Shown here one piece after another: positions 28,970 to 42,141 of a DNA stretch of 64,000 bases. How positions within the stretch are numbered: the first letter of the stretch is position 1; every line of letters begins with the position of its first letter. The notes below the pieces were generated by a model that did no database searches, had not been told where the DNA came from, and saw nothing but the letters and a program-made list of their open reading frames with translations. Source of the DNA: an uncultured delta proteobacterium (GTDB taxonomy: Bacteria; Myxococcota; B64-G9); NCBI GenBank assembly GCA_963754925.1, contig CAVWHX010000003.1, positions 416,001 to 480,000 on the forward strand. Direction: 5' to 3'. Both the position numbers and the translations under genes were made by a program.

Positions 28970-29587
28970 ATGAAGAGGCGTAATTCAAAAAACTCTAAAA
29001 CAGCGTCGCGTCGCAAGGAGATAATCCAGGCGGCATTGGCGTGCTTTACCGAACGGAGCTTTTCGGAGACAAGTCTTGCGGACATCCGCCGCAAATCCAA
29101 GGCAAGCACCGGCAGTATTTATCATCATTTCAAGAGCAAAGAACAGTTGGCGGCCCTGGTATATTTGGAAGGTATTCACGACTACCAGACCGGGTTCCTT
29201 GCCACCCTGGAAAAACAGCAACGCGCACGCAGCGGCATAGTCGCCGTGATTGAGTATCACCTGCGGTGGGTTGAGGGGCACCCCGACTGGGCGCGCTTCT
29301 TGTTTCAAAAGCGTCGCGCCGAATTTATGGACACCTCCAAAGATGACTTTGACCGGCTTAACAAAGAATTCATGAGCCGCACTGCAGTATGGTTTCGACA
29401 CCATATCAAAGCAGGCTCTCTACGACCCTTGGCGCCGGATATCTTCATTTCAATCCTGCTTGGGCCTTGTCAAGAGTTCTCCCGGCAGTATCTATCGGGT
29501 TACGCCCGTTCGGCTCTCGACCAGGCCATTGACGAACTGGCCCGGGCTGCCTGGCGGACATTGGGAATGCGTCACTACCTGCGTTAA
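28970..29587 (+). CDS. TetR/AcrR family transcriptional regulator
   Basis: IIQAALACF...TSLADI....ASTGSIYHHFKSKEQL HTH. Confidence 0.93.
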   Translation: MKRRNSKNSKTASRRKEIIQAALACFTERSFSETSLADIRRKSKASTGSIYHHFKSKEQLAALVYLEGIHDYQTGFLATLEKQQRARSGIVAVIEYHLRWVEGHPDWARFLFQKRRAEFMDTSKDDFDRLNKEFMSRTAVWFRHHIKAGSLRPLAPDIFISILLGPCQEFSRQYLSGYARSALDQAIDELARAAWRTLGMRHYLR

Positions 29588-29621
29588 GGTCCCTTACGGT
29601 GCAACTCGCGACACCCGCGGC

Positions 29622-30293
29622 TCAGACAATCCCCGGGGTAATGTTATCTCCCTGTGACACGGCTTTGCGAATTTCATCAATCAGCATCGACTCGGGAATA
29701 GCGCCCACGACCGAATACTTTTCGTTGATGATGGTAACCGGCACACCCTGAACGCTGTATTTCACCGCCAGATAGGGAAACTCCGAGATCTCAACCATAT
29801 CGGCGCGCACGTTGGGGTTTGCGAGAGAAAATCGGTGCGCGGTGCGCACCGCGACCGGGCAGTAGGGGCAGGTGGGCGATACCATCACCTGCAGGTGAAC
29901 CGGTTTGGTCACCTTGGCAAGCTCTGCTTTGAGCGGCGCCGCAAGCGATACATCGCGACGCGCGACGTCTATCAGGTCCTCGATCAACGTGGTAAATTCA
30001 TAACCAGCTGGAATGCCATAAAAGCGAATGCCGGTATCGCGCTCACCTACCAAAGCAATCGCCGGTATCTTGTCTATGCCGTACAGCTTTGCGGTGTCGG
30101 CGTCTTTGACATAGTCGTACACCTCAAGTTTGAATTTTGGCGATAGCGAGCAAATCTCATCGATCAATTCGTGGGTGACCTTACAGAATTGACATTCTAT
30201 CTCTTGGGTGAAGAAAATTATTTTTACCTCATGGGGAAGATCCTCAAAAAGCTTGCTCAGCTGTTGGCGATCTTTTTCACTTATCAGCGCCAT
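29622..30293 (-). CDS. Protein disulfide oxidoreductase (PDO, two thioredoxin folds; AhpF N-terminal-like)
   Basis: CQFC and CPYC motifs, GIRFYGIPAGYEF, VQGVP. Confidence 0.9.
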   Translation of the reverse strand: MALISEKDRQQLSKLFEDLPHEVKIIFFTQEIECQFCKVTHELIDEICSLSPKFKLEVYDYVKDADTAKLYGIDKIPAIALVGERDTGIRFYGIPAGYEFTTLIEDLIDVARRDVSLAAPLKAELAKVTKPVHLQVMVSPTCPYCPVAVRTAHRFSLANPNVRADMVEISEFPYLAVKYSVQGVPVTIINEKYSVVGAIPESMLIDEIRKAVSQGDNITPGIV

Positions 30294-30317
30294 GACAAAA
30301 ACCTCCTAAAGAGACCC

Positions 30318-31331
30318 TCAAATCAATCGGTTCTTAACTAAATACTCGTGGGCCGAGAGCGCCGCCTTGGCGCCCTCCCCTCCGGCAATGATAATCTGTT
30401 TGTGGGGAACCGTCGTCACATCACCGGCCCCGAACACTCCAGGAACGCTCGTATGGCACGTACAATCGACGATTACCTCAGAGGCGTCGTTGAGTTTAAC
30501 CAAACCTTTGACGGCCTCGGAATTCGGAATAAGCCCGATCTCGACAAAAACACCGTCAACCGGCAGCAGCTCTACTCCATCATTGGTTAGATCACGAATC
30601 CGCACGCCGGTAACTCGCTCCGTACCTTCAATGGAGACAATCCGTCGTTGATTGAGAAAGGTTACGCGGTCTTTCGCTTTGCGAACGTCTTCGATCATGA
30701 TCGGATCCGCCTGCCAGTCCGACGCAATGTTTACCAACGTAACGTGGTTGGCCAACTTTACAAGATCCAAGGCAGCAGTAATTGCTGAGTTTCCTCCGCC
30801 AGCGATGGCCACACGCTTGTCCTTGTAAAACGGCGCATCGCAGGTGGCGCAGTAGGCCACCCCTCGACCAACGAGCTCGGTTTCTCCGGGAACCCCCAAG
30901 GTCCGATCGCGCTTGCCGGTGGCAATAATGACCGTCCGAGAGCGGAAGGAAAGCCCACTCTCTATTCGGCTTTCAAACAACTCACCGTTCTTACGCACCG
31001 CGACAACCTTTTGACCTAACTGAACCGGAATCGAGAACTGCTTCAGCTGTTCAATAAAACGATCCGTGAGTTCTTTACCGGTAATACTTTGAAAACCAAG
31101 GTAATTCTCAATTTGCGAGGTCCACGCGACCTGGCCGCCGTAGTCTTTCGTAAGCAAGGCTATTTTGAGCAGTTTACGGGCGGCGTAAATTACGGCAGAC
31201 ATGGCCGCCGGCCCGCCGCCGAGAATCAACACATCATAGGTCATCGCGGGGTCGGGCGCAGGTTGTTTATCCAGCGACGACATATTGAGAACGAGCTGCG
31301 GCAACTCCATCGGCATGCTCCCTTCGTGCAT
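30318..31331 (-). CDS. Thioredoxin reductase / AhpF C-terminal-like flavoprotein
   Basis: GGGPAA, GVAYCATCDAP, GGGNSA, GVFVEIG, GVFGAGDVT; start may be a few codons downstream. Confidence 0.92.
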   Translation of the reverse strand: MHEGSMPMELPQLVLNMSSLDKQPAPDPAMTYDVLILGGGPAAMSAVIYAARKLLKIALLTKDYGGQVAWTSQIENYLGFQSITGKELTDRFIEQLKQFSIPVQLGQKVVAVRKNGELFESRIESGLSFRSRTVIIATGKRDRTLGVPGETELVGRGVAYCATCDAPFYKDKRVAIAGGGNSAITAALDLVKLANHVTLVNIASDWQADPIMIEDVRKAKDRVTFLNQRRIVSIEGTERVTGVRIRDLTNDGVELLPVDGVFVEIGLIPNSEAVKGLVKLNDASEVIVDCTCHTSVPGVFGAGDVTTVPHKQIIIAGGEGAKAALSAHEYLVKNRLI

Positions 31332-31444
31332 ATACGGTAATCAGTGGAAACAATATGTCAAATGACGTGTTACTGTTCAAGGATATTTAGTTTGATAATA
31401 AAGATGTTAGAATACTACCCGGCAAAAGGGTCACTGGCTCGATC

Positions 31445-31902
31445 ATGCTGTTGAAAACAGATTATTCCTCGGAGATCAGACAGTGCTTGCGTAAAGGCGA
31501 GCACGGCGATTTTTACCACTCGCACAACCAACCGCGGGAAATCCCACGATCCGATCATACAACGGCCAGCGGCCGTGCACTGCTCTGTAAGATGTGCGGT
31601 CACGCGATTACCCGCACAGAAGCCGCGACCGAAGTGAGCGGTAAGCACCTTCACACTTTTTTCAATCCTGCCGGACTGTTATTCGAGATCGGGTGTTTTG
31701 CCGTTGCCCCTGGTTGCCACAATGAAGGCCAGCCGACCGATTTCTTTAGTTGGTTTTTAGGCTGCCTTTGGCGCTACTCCTTCTGTGGCCGATGCTACAG
31801 CCATCTTGGCTGGCAATTTCTGCCTAAGAACGCTCCCCCATTCTGGGGACTCATACAAAATCTACTAGTGGAAGGCGAGGCGTCGGAGGAAAAACCATTA
31901 GA

Positions 31903-31906
<4 letters not shown>
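31445..31906 (+). CDS. Bacterial cereblon (CULT domain) protein
   Basis: CKMC...HTFFNPAG..FEIGCF...FSWF.G..W...CGRC.SHLGWQF: zinc ligands plus tri-tryptophan pocket pattern. Confidence 0.88.
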
Positions 31907-34184
<2,278 letters not shown>

Positions 34185-34188
<4 letters not shown>

Positions 34189-34523
34189 ACCGGCTCCAAC
34201 GAACATCGCAACGGGAACTCCGCCTGGCGCGCTAGTTCTGCCACCTTGTGGACCTTGGTTTCGGCTACGTCATACGGGTATATACCCGCCTTGCCAACAC
34301 CCTGGTAGTGCACCCGCAACATAATCTCAATGGCTTGTTCCTCCGGGTGGTGAAAAACGTCCATAAGAATCATAACCACAAAATCCATGGTAGTATAGTC
34401 ATCATTGTGAAGGAGCACCTGATAGAGACGCGGTGGTTCAACCTTGCGATCCACATCGGTTGCAACGTCGGTCTCGCCTTCGCCCGCAAACTCACTCGGT
34501 TTTTGTTTCCGATTCTTCGACAT
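34185..34523 (-). CDS. clpS: N-degron adaptor ClpS
   Basis: [39 protein letters not shown] overlap with clpA. Confidence 0.96.
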
Positions 34524-34822
34524 ACTATCCGTATGTATCAAGTTGATCCGGTCTAATCAACAATCCCGCGCGCACACCTACCTCTAACCACTTAGTGCTT
34601 CATCAGGCGCATATGCCGTACCTTGTCCACACACATTCCTGCTACCATCTGCGGGAACATCGGCGCCTATCATCGTGGCTCAGCTTTGTTCAATTACCCT
34701 TTCATGATTTCAGGTATCGAACAATGTAGCAACCTACCTACCGTTGCCGCGCGCTTGAATAATGAGTGAGTTTTTAACGTCGAGTGGTGAGTTAACTTTT
34801 TTCTCTAAGTGCCTGAATTATC

Positions 34823-35080
34823 TTAAATCTTCTGAGGATTCCTAAGGGCAACTTTGCCGCGGGCGCGATCGATCAGACTTTTCTCAATCGCTAGAATCTG
34901 GCGCCGGGTTTCCGATGAGCACTCCTCGGATGGTTCCCCGACATCATCATCATCAGCAGCAATTCCGTACCGCATTCTGAGTATCTGCGCGGTCTGGGAA
35001 GACAAACAATCGAAGTGTCGATTTACTTTTTTCAAGGCCCCCCGCCTGGTCGTGATTTGAGTCTTTGTTCGCGAGGCCAT
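34823..35080 (-). CDS. Small protein with degenerate sigma70 region-4-like segment
   Basis: GAGGAGG RBS; LSSQTAQILRMRYGI...RRQILAIEK resembles sigma region 4 flanks. Confidence 0.6.
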   Translation of the reverse strand: MASRTKTQITTRRGALKKVNRHFDCLSSQTAQILRMRYGIAADDDDVGEPSEECSSETRRQILAIEKSLIDRARGKVALRNPQKI

Positions 35081-35168
35081 CAATCTTCCTCCTCATCTGA
35101 CCGGCAGTCTGTAGACCAAGTATAAGCGCGGTAAAAACCGCGATTATGACCGCCATGTCCGTTAGTTA

Positions 35169-35197
35169 ACGATATCGTCATCGCCAAGCCACGTCAA
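35169..35197 (-). promoter_or_regulatory. Sigma70-type promoter
   Basis: TTGACG-17 bp-TATCGT on the minus strand upstream of 35080. Confidence 0.45.
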
Positions 35198-35284
35198 GTT
35201 TTCGAACCTGCAATCTCATTTCTCGAATAGTTGACAATATTCTCATATTTTTTCATAGAGTTATATATTCCCTGACGGTTCACA

Positions 35285-35467
35285 TTAGTCCTTTATGCGG
35301 TAAAGAATGGTGATGGTCAGGCAATGGAATTCTTCATCACTTGATTGAGTAACACTAACATCTCGAATCTCTTCAATTGGTGTGATTCTCAACCATTCGG
35401 TTATCTTGTCACCAAGACCACAGCGTTCTTTGGCTTTGGTAGCCGTAAAAACTTTTATACCGTCCAT
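35285..35467 (-). CDS. Small conserved hypothetical protein (60 aa)
   Basis: GIKVFTATKAKER..LG.KIT.W...V.QSSD.EFHCLTITILY resembles a small uncharacterised myxobacterial protein (from recall); GAGGG RBS. Confidence 0.7.
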   Translation of the reverse strand: MDGIKVFTATKAKERCGLGDKITEWLRITPIEEIRDVSVTQSSDEEFHCLTITILYRIKD

Positions 35468-35641
35468 GCCCTCACCCCTCTTAACCTACACCACCATCTA
35501 CCCTTGCGTCCCAACAGCATCGACGCACGGCCGACCCCAGTCCGTCAATGTCCCAGGAATCTCCCACAGCGACTACGACGCTGTCAAGTTTGTGACCCGG
35601 TCGAACGTACGATTTCAACTCTTGACGGGTTATCGTCAGTG

Positions 35642-36271
35642 TTACTCTGCATCGGGGGGTTCTTCTGGTGGAGTGCTCTGCGTCTTAGCCTTTGATTTCG
35701 TAGCCTGTCTACTGCTCGGCGCCTTAGTTTTTGCTTTCAAAGCTTCTTTGGCGCCTGTTGCTTTGACCTTTGACTTCGCCGCCGATTGGCTACTCGGTTT
35801 CTTACCGGCTGCCGGTTTCTTTGCCGAGGTTTTACCGGTTGCTTTCTTGGCGCCCTTTGCAGCGCCTTCGATTTTGCTCTCGACCGGCAGCAGCTCAACA
35901 AATGCCATGGATGCATTATCACCCAGGCGGGGCCTGGTCTTGATGATGCGAGTATACCCGCCGGGGCGATCTTTAAAGCGCGGCCCAATGGTATCGAAGA
36001 GCTTTTTCAAGGCAACTTCTTCCTGCACCATACGGTTGCCTATCTGATGACCCGTGGTTTTCAAGCGTTGAGCCGCGAGGCGGCGGGCTGATATATCGCC
36101 TCGTTTGCCGAGGGTTATTAGTTTTTCGGCAACACGCCGAAGTTCTCGAGCGCGGTCAACCGTGGTGAGGATGCGCTCGTGCACAAACAATGAGGTCACG
36201 AGATTGCCGAACATCGATTTCCGATGGGATGGACTTCGCCCGAAGCGCCGACTTTTACGCAAGTGCCTCAT
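35642..36271 (-). CDS. rplQ: 50S ribosomal protein L17 with Lys/Ala-rich C-terminal tail
   Basis: [36 protein letters not shown]. Confidence 0.96.
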   Translation of the reverse strand: MRHLRKSRRFGRSPSHRKSMFGNLVTSLFVHERILTTVDRARELRRVAEKLITLGKRGDISARRLAAQRLKTTGHQIGNRMVQEEVALKKLFDTIGPRFKDRPGGYTRIIKTRPRLGDNASMAFVELLPVESKIEGAAKGAKKATGKTSAKKPAAGKKPSSQSAAKSKVKATGAKEALKAKTKAPSSRQATKSKAKTQSTPPEEPPDAE

Positions 36272-37323
36272 TGAAGATTCTCCTCATCCTCCCGTCCCCG
36301 CGATGCCGACTTGCTCGTCTCAGCCAATTTGGCGTCCTTCGCCGGCCAATGTTCAAGCTTCATGCCCAGGCTCAGGCCCATCTCGCTTAAAATATCTTTG
36401 ATCTCTTTTAGAGATTTTCGGCCAAAGTTTTTCGTTTTGAGCATCTCGGACTCGGTTTTTTGCACCAGCTCGCCAATGGTGCGAATCTGTGCATGTTCGA
36501 GGCAATTGGCCGAGCGCACCGATAGCTCAAGCTCGTCAACGCTGCGCATCAACATCTCTTGCTGGCGTTCCTGCTCCTCGCTGCGCTTATCCTCTATGCT
36601 TTCTTCTTCTTCGGGGAAGTTGATGAAGATGCTTAGCTGCTCCTTTAATATTTTACTGGCATACGCCACGGCGTCTTCGGGTCGAATGCTGCCGTCCGTC
36701 CAAACCTCTATCGTCAATTTATCATAGTCGGTTATCCGCCCCACGCGGGCGTTAGTGATTTGGTAGTTGACCCTCTTGATCGGCGAGTATATCGCGTCGA
36801 TAGGGATTACGCCTACCGTCGCCTCGGCTTCTTTATTTAATTCCGCGGGAATGTAGCCGCGACCGCGCTCCACCTGCAGCTCCATGGTAAGTTGGCCACG
36901 GGCTGAAACGGTTGCAATGTGTTGATCAGGGTTGAGAACCGTCACCGTGCCATCGGTCTTAATGTCGCCGGCTTTAACTTCGTAGGGGCCTTTGACATCG
37001 ATGGAAACCGTCTTAGGTTCCCAACCATCAATTTTGAGGCGCACTTCCTTCAGATTGAGGATGATGTCCGTCACATCCTCAGATACCTCAGGGATGGTGG
37101 AGAACTCATGCAAGACGCCCTCGATCTTCACCTGAGAAATAGCGGCGCCCTGAATGCTTGACAACAACACACGCCGCAATGAGTTGCCGAGTGTCACCCC
37201 GAAGCCACGCTCGAACGGCTCCCCGACAAACTTACCGTAGGTGGGGCTCAGCGTGTCCCGGTCCACCAAGAGATACTTCGGCTTGATGAGATCACGCCAG
37301 TTCCTGGATATGTCCGATGCCAT
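36268..37323 (-). CDS. rpoA: RNA polymerase alpha subunit
   Basis: [41 protein letters not shown]. Confidence 0.98.
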   Translation of the reverse strand: MASDISRNWRDLIKPKYLLVDRDTLSPTYGKFVGEPFERGFGVTLGNSLRRVLLSSIQGAAISQVKIEGVLHEFSTIPEVSEDVTDIILNLKEVRLKIDGWEPKTVSIDVKGPYEVKAGDIKTDGTVTVLNPDQHIATVSARGQLTMELQVERGRGYIPAELNKEAEATVGVIPIDAIYSPIKRVNYQITNARVGRITDYDKLTIEVWTDGSIRPEDAVAYASKILKEQLSIFINFPEEEESIEDKRSEEQERQQEMLMRSVDELELSVRSANCLEHAQIRTIGELVQKTESEMLKTKNFGRKSLKEIKDILSEMGLSLGMKLEHWPAKDAKLAETSKSASRGREDEENLQ

Positions 37324-37381
37324 TGGTCCTCCGTCGCCCGAATAAAACTCGTATGTTTTCCTTCAACCCGTAAGTGCCTGC

Positions 37382-38008
37382 TCACTTTGAGTACAGTTCA
37401 ACAATAAGCTGTTCCTGGATGGGCATGGTAAGATCTTCACGGCTTGGGTATGCTTTAACCGTCGCCGTATATTCTTTTCGATGTATTTCAACCCAGGAAG
37501 GAACACCCCGTCGTTCGCTCGCATCGAGCGATTCATTGATACTCACCAACGCATGGCTGCGCGCTTCTAACTGAACTTCATCACCGATGCGCAACACAGC
37601 CGATGGAATGTTGAGATTTTTACCATTGACCTTAAAGTGCCCATGGTGCACCAATTGCCGCGCCTCACGACGAGTGCGGGCAAATCCCATCCGGTACACC
37701 ATCGTATCCATGCGGCGCTCGAGCAAGAGCAGCAACTGCTCACCGGTGATTGCCTTGCTGCGCTGCGCCCGGTTGAAGGTCAACCAGAACTGGTTCTCAC
37801 GCAATCCGTATATCCTCTTGACCTTCTGTTTCTCACGGAGCTGTTGGCCATAGGGCGAAAACTTGGCGCGTGACTGTCCATGCTGACCGGGCGGATACGG
37901 ACGGCGATCCACCGAACACTTCTCGGAATAACACCGATCGCCCTTCAGAAATAACTTTAGTTTCTCGCGCCGACAATAGCGACAGACTGATCCGTTATAG
38001 AGTGCCAC
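37382..38008 (-). CDS. rpsD: 30S ribosomal protein S4 (zinc-binding type)
   Basis: [16 protein letters not shown]...KC, PPGQHG, LREKQK. Confidence 0.98.
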   Translation of the reverse strand: MALYNGSVCRYCRREKLKLFLKGDRCYSEKCSVDRRPYPPGQHGQSRAKFSPYGQQLREKQKVKRIYGLRENQFWLTFNRAQRSKAITGEQLLLLLERRMDTMVYRMGFARTRREARQLVHHGHFKVNGKNLNIPSAVLRIGDEVQLEARSHALVSINESLDASERRGVPSWVEIHRKEYTATVKAYPSREDLTMPIQEQLIVELYSK

Positions 38009-38032
38009 TGCTTCCTCCTTAACCTGCTTTCA

Positions 38033-38410
38033 CTATACCCGCCGTCGTTTCGGCGGCCTGCACCCATTGTGGGGAATGGGGGTCACGTCTCTAATCATCG
38101 TGATTTTCAAGCCCGAAGCCTGCAACGCTCGAATAGCCGCTTCACGACCGGCTCCCGGTCCGGTCACCTCAACCCCGAGCTGCCGCATCCCATTCTCCTG
38201 GGCTTTTTTTGCTGCATCCTGGGCGGCAAGTTGCGCCGCAAAGGGAGTACTCTTACGCGATCCTTTGAAACCGCAGGCGCCCGCGCTCGACCACGCCACC
38301 ACGCTGCCGGCGACATCCGTTATCGTCACGATGGTGTTGTTGAATGTTGACTGCACGTGAGCGATGCCGCTCTGAATGTTCTTTTTTATCTTCTTCTTCA
38401 CCTTCGCCAT
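38033..38410 (-). CDS. rpsK: 30S ribosomal protein S11
   Basis: [36 protein letters not shown]. Confidence 0.98.
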   Translation of the reverse strand: MAKVKKKIKKNIQSGIAHVQSTFNNTIVTITDVAGSVVAWSSAGACGFKGSRKSTPFAAQLAAQDAAKKAQENGMRQLGVEVTGPGAGREAAIRALQASGLKITMIRDVTPIPHNGCRPPKRRRV

Positions 38411-38459
38411 TGCAACACTATCCTTTCGTCAGGCCGCCGTGAGCCGCAGTGCACAACAA

Positions 38460-38858
38460 CTACCCTTCGGCAGCCGGTGAGGCTGCGGCCGGCTTCTTCT
38501 TGGTCAGGATGCCCTTGCGCGGACCTTTTCGGGTGCGCGCGTTCGTGTGCGTACGCTGCCCCCGCACCGGCAAGCCCTTCCGGTGCCGCAACCCTCGGTA
38601 GGTGTTCAAATCCATTAGCCGCTTAACATTCATCGACACTTCACGGCGCAGATCGCCTTCGACCTTATAGTTCGCGTCGATAAACTCACGTAAGAGTCGC
38701 ACCTCGTCCTCGGTCAGGACATCGGTGCGTTTGCTGGGATCGATCTTGGTCCCGGCGAGGATCTGCTCCGCACGGGTTCGCCCAATCCCATACAAATATG
38801 TCAGAGCCACGACAATTCGCTTGTTCCTTGGCAGGTCGACACCTGCAATACGCGCCAT
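38460..38858 (-). CDS. rpsM: 30S ribosomal protein S13
   Basis: [36 protein letters not shown]. Confidence 0.98.
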   Translation of the reverse strand: MARIAGVDLPRNKRIVVALTYLYGIGRTRAEQILAGTKIDPSKRTDVLTEDEVRLLREFIDANYKVEGDLRREVSMNVKRLMDLNTYRGLRHRKGLPVRGQRTHTNARTRKGPRKGILTKKKPAAASPAAEG

Positions 38859-38874
38859 TTTAATACTCCTTAGA

Positions 38875-38992
38875 GAAGCGCGAATCAGGCTGTGTGGCAA
38901 GGAGAAAGCGAGGACCCAAGCGGAGCATACTTAACGTATGTGAGCATTGGGCCGGAGCTTTTGACATAGCCAGACTGCCTGAGGTGCGCTTC
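38875..38992 (-). other. Long interrupted hairpin between rpmJ and rpsM
   Basis: Nested pairs GAAGCGC/GCGCTTC, TCAGGC/GCCTGA, TGGC/GCCA, AAAGC/GCTTT, CCCAA/TTGGG, CATAC/GTATG. Confidence 0.65.
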
Positions 38993-38998
38993 ATAAAC

Positions 38999-39112
38999 TT
39001 ATCCTTGACGTTGCCGATGCCGGGGATTTTCACATAAAACTCGCACAATTCCCCTTCGGCGCATGATTCTACACTTTTTACAAATCTTTTTAACCGACGT
39101 TCGTACCTTCAT
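38999..39112 (-). CDS. rpmJ: 50S ribosomal protein L36
   Basis: Read manually: [41 protein letters not shown] overlap with map. Confidence 0.97.
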   Translation of the reverse strand: MKVRTSVKKICKKCRIMRRRGIVRVLCENPRHRQRQG

Positions 39113-39894
39113 AGCTTCTCTCCTGCCTCAAAGCGTGACAACACCAGAGGACCGTCCTTCCCAATAGCCACCGAATGCTCGAAGTGCGCCGAGAGCTTTC
39201 TATCCTTGGTTCGTTGCGTCCACCCATCCGCGCCGGTCTCAACTTCCCAGGTGCCTTCGTTGACCATTGGCTCAATCGCCAACACCATTCCCGGTCGCAA
39301 CCGTTCGTTATGGCCGGCGCTCCGATAGTGCGGAATTTGAGGCTCCTCGTGCAACATCCGCCCCACGCCGTGACCGACAAAGTCTCGCACCACCGAAAAT
39401 CCATTCGCCTCAACGTGATCCTGAATTGCCGCGCCGATATCGGATATGCGGTTGCCGGGCACCACGGTGTGAATGGCTAACTCCAAGGCTTCTTCGGTCA
39501 CCCGCATGAGCCGCAGAGCTTTCTCACTAACTTTTCCAATCGGAACAGTGATGGCAGCGTCCCCGTAAAATCCATCGAGCACAACCCCACAATCGATACT
39601 CAAGATATCTCCCTCCTGCAATTTTCGCTTGGCAGAAGGAATCCCATGGACGACCTCTTCGTTGATCGAGGTACACAATGTCCCGGGAAAGGGATAGGGG
39701 CCCGCGCCTTGGTAACCCTTGAACGCCGGCAATCCTCCGGCGCGGCGGGCTAAACCCTCGGCCAACTCATCAAGCTCAAGGGTGGTTACGCTGGGCCGCG
39801 CATGCATACGCATAGCCTGGAGGATACGCGCAACGATCTGATTGGACGCCCGCATACGTTCGATTTCGGCCTCAGATTTCAGATACAAGGGCAT
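39109..39894 (-). CDS. map: Methionine aminopeptidase type I
   Basis: [27 protein letters not shown]....GDAA, GHGVG..LHEEP, AIEPM, SAHFEHS. Confidence 0.97.
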   Translation of the reverse strand: MPLYLKSEAEIERMRASNQIVARILQAMRMHARPSVTTLELDELAEGLARRAGGLPAFKGYQGAGPYPFPGTLCTSINEEVVHGIPSAKRKLQEGDILSIDCGVVLDGFYGDAAITVPIGKVSEKALRLMRVTEEALELAIHTVVPGNRISDIGAAIQDHVEANGFSVVRDFVGHGVGRMLHEEPQIPHYRSAGHNERLRPGMVLAIEPMVNEGTWEVETGADGWTQRTKDRKLSAHFEHSVAIGKDGPLVLSRFEAGEKL

Positions 39895-40009
39895 TTCGTT
39901 GGGCCTTCCCTCGTACCTCATATAGCGCCTATAGGATCGCATCCTGCATACCTGTCCGCACGCCGATTCAACATCCGATTCAGTATCACGTTCATCGTTT
40001 TCACTTCTC

Positions 40010-41329
40010 TCAACCTCGGGAGCTACGCCCACGAATGCGCGGCCCTTTTGGACCGGTCAATCCATCGTAATGTCGGGTGATCAAGTGAGTTTCGATTTGT
40101 GAGACCGTATCCAAGCAAACACCCACCACGATCAACAGCGAGGTTCCGCCAAAATAAAACGGCGTGTTGAATTGCTGAATCATAACGGTTGGTAAAACGC
40201 ACACAGCCGAAATATACAGCGCCCCGCCAAAAGTAATCCGGCTCAGCACCTTGTCGATATAAACGGCGGTCTGCTTGCCCGGGCGAATGCCGGGAATATA
40301 ACCGCCGTACTTCTTCATATTATCGGCAACGTCCATTGGATTGAAGGTGACAGCGGTGTAAAAATAACAGAAAAATACAATCAAAACTACGTACAAGGTC
40401 TCATAGCCCCAACTGCCTGGGTTGAGGGCCGATCGCAGATCGTGCATCCACGAGGTGTTGATGATACTCGCCAACGTTCCGGGAAATATCAAAATCGACG
40501 AGGCGAATATCGGCGGAATAACGCCTGAGGTGTTCACCTTCAACGGCAGGTGCGTGCTCTGCCCGCCGTACATTTTGCGCCCGACCACGCGCCGGGCGTA
40601 CTGCACCGGAATACGGCGCTGACCTCGTTCGAAGAAGATGATCACCCCCACCACGATCACCGCCAACACTAAGATCACGAGCACAACGAAGGGCCGGAGT
40701 ATACCCTGCTGAACATAGCGCACGGTGTTAACCACGGCACTGGGGAAGTCGGCCACGATACCAGCGCAAATAATCAATGAAATGCCGTTCCCTATCCCGC
40801 GCTCGGTGATCTGCTCGCCCAGCCACATAATGAAAGCTGTCCCGGCAGTCAAGCAGATGATGGTCATCAATCGAAATCCCCAACCCGGATTGGGAACTGC
40901 CAACTCTCCACCGATGTTCTGGCTCTCTAGATAGAACGAAATTCCTAAGCCCTGAATAATGGACAACACGATGGTGCCATAGCGCGTATATTGGGTGATT
41001 TTGCGGCGCCCCATTTCACCTTCTTTTTGAAGCCGCTCGATGGCCGGCACCACCACCGCCAGCAGCTGCAAGATGATTGAAGCGCTAATATAGGGCATGA
41101 TGCCGAGTGCAAACACGGACATCTGTCGCAGGGCACCGCCCGAAAACATATCGAACAATCCAAAAAACGATCCGCGCATGGTGCCAAAGAATTTTGACAC
41201 GACCGCACGATCCACTCCCGGAACGGATACAAATACGCCAACTCGATAGACCGCCAGCATGAAAAGCGAAAAAAGAATTCGCTTTCGCAACTCTGGGATC
41301 TTAGAGAGATTTCCTATTACCGATGGCAA
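40010..41329 (-). CDS. secY: Preprotein translocase SecY
   Basis: [52 protein letters not shown]. Confidence 0.98.
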   Translation of the reverse strand: MPSVIGNLSKIPELRKRILFSLFMLAVYRVGVFVSVPGVDRAVVSKFFGTMRGSFFGLFDMFSGGALRQMSVFALGIMPYISASIILQLLAVVVPAIERLQKEGEMGRRKITQYTRYGTIVLSIIQGLGISFYLESQNIGGELAVPNPGWGFRLMTIICLTAGTAFIMWLGEQITERGIGNGISLIICAGIVADFPSAVVNTVRYVQQGILRPFVVLVILVLAVIVVGVIIFFERGQRRIPVQYARRVVGRKMYGGQSTHLPLKVNTSGVIPPIFASSILIFPGTLASIINTSWMHDLRSALNPGSWGYETLYVVLIVFFCYFYTAVTFNPMDVADNMKKYGGYIPGIRPGKQTAVYIDKVLSRITFGGALYISAVCVLPTVMIQQFNTPFYFGGTSLLIVVGVCLDTVSQIETHLITRHYDGLTGPKGPRIRGRSSRG

Positions 41330-41333
41330 TTCA

Positions 41334-41813
41334 TCACCTCGCGCCGGACCGGTTTGCCTTCTTGTTCACCACCGCGATCACTTCAGCAGTTCCTCCCGCG
41401 GACTCGATTTTTTCTTTTGCTGATTTACTGAATCCCTGTGCGCGTACCGTCAATGCTTTGCCCACCTCGCCATCACCGAGAATCTTAATCAAATCATATT
41501 CATGATGCACGAGTCCGGCCTCTTTTAACACCACCGGATCGACAACGGCATGAGCCTCAAAACGCGCCAAGTCACCCAAATGCACCACGACATATTTCTT
41601 GCTAAAAGGGTTGTAGAACCCGCGCTTGGGAATGCGTCGCTGCAAGGGCATCTGACCGCCCTCGAACCCGGCTTTTCGGCTTGCTCCTGTGCGCGAACCC
41701 TGGCCTTTATTACCCCGACCGGATGTCCCGCCTATTCCGCTGCCGCAGCCCCTACCCACCCTTTTCGGGCTGGATGTGGCTCCTTTGGGGGAAGTTAGTT
41801 TCTCAAGTCCCAT
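41334..41813 (-). CDS. rplO: 50S ribosomal protein L15
   Basis: [26 protein letters not shown]. Confidence 0.97.
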   Translation of the reverse strand: MGLEKLTSPKGATSSPKRVGRGCGSGIGGTSGRGNKGQGSRTGASRKAGFEGGQMPLQRRIPKRGFYNPFSKKYVVVHLGDLARFEAHAVVDPVVLKEAGLVHHEYDLIKILGDGEVGKALTVRAQGFSKSAKEKIESAGGTAEVIAVVNKKANRSGAR

Positions 41814-41862
41814 CGTATCCTCCAAACGAAATCAAAACACACTCATGTTCCTAATGACTAGC

Positions 41863-41926
41863 CCCTTCTCGCTTCGCTCGAAGGGACAAGTGGTTGTAAG
41901 CTTCTCTTCGTTCAGCAACAACCACT
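41863..41926. repeat. Intergenic double-hairpin element (divergent copy)
   Basis: CCCTTC-TCGCTTCGCTC-GAAGGG then AGTGGTTGT-AAGC...GCA-ACAACCACT between rpmD and rplO. Confidence 0.6.
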
Positions 41927-42107
41927 AGCACTCCTCAACATCCAACATGAACGACAGTTTGGCTATCATGCCACGAATGGCCGGGGTGTCCTCCCGGATT
42001 ACCGATCGCTCGCGCTTTTTGAGTCCCAGTCCATCAAGGATTTGATTCTGCTTTTCCGAACGATGGCTTCGGCTTTTTTTCATGGTGATCTTCAGTTTTC
42101 CTGTCAT
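41925..42107 (-). CDS. rpmD: 50S ribosomal protein L30
   Basis: LKITMKKS, LGLKK, DTPAIRGMI; position between rpsE and rplO. Confidence 0.93.
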   Translation of the reverse strand: MTGKLKITMKKSRSHRSEKQNQILDGLGLKKRERSVIREDTPAIRGMIAKLSFMLDVEEC

Positions 42108-42141
42108 GACCAACTCCTGCAATCGCTTGTCGCGCCGGCGG

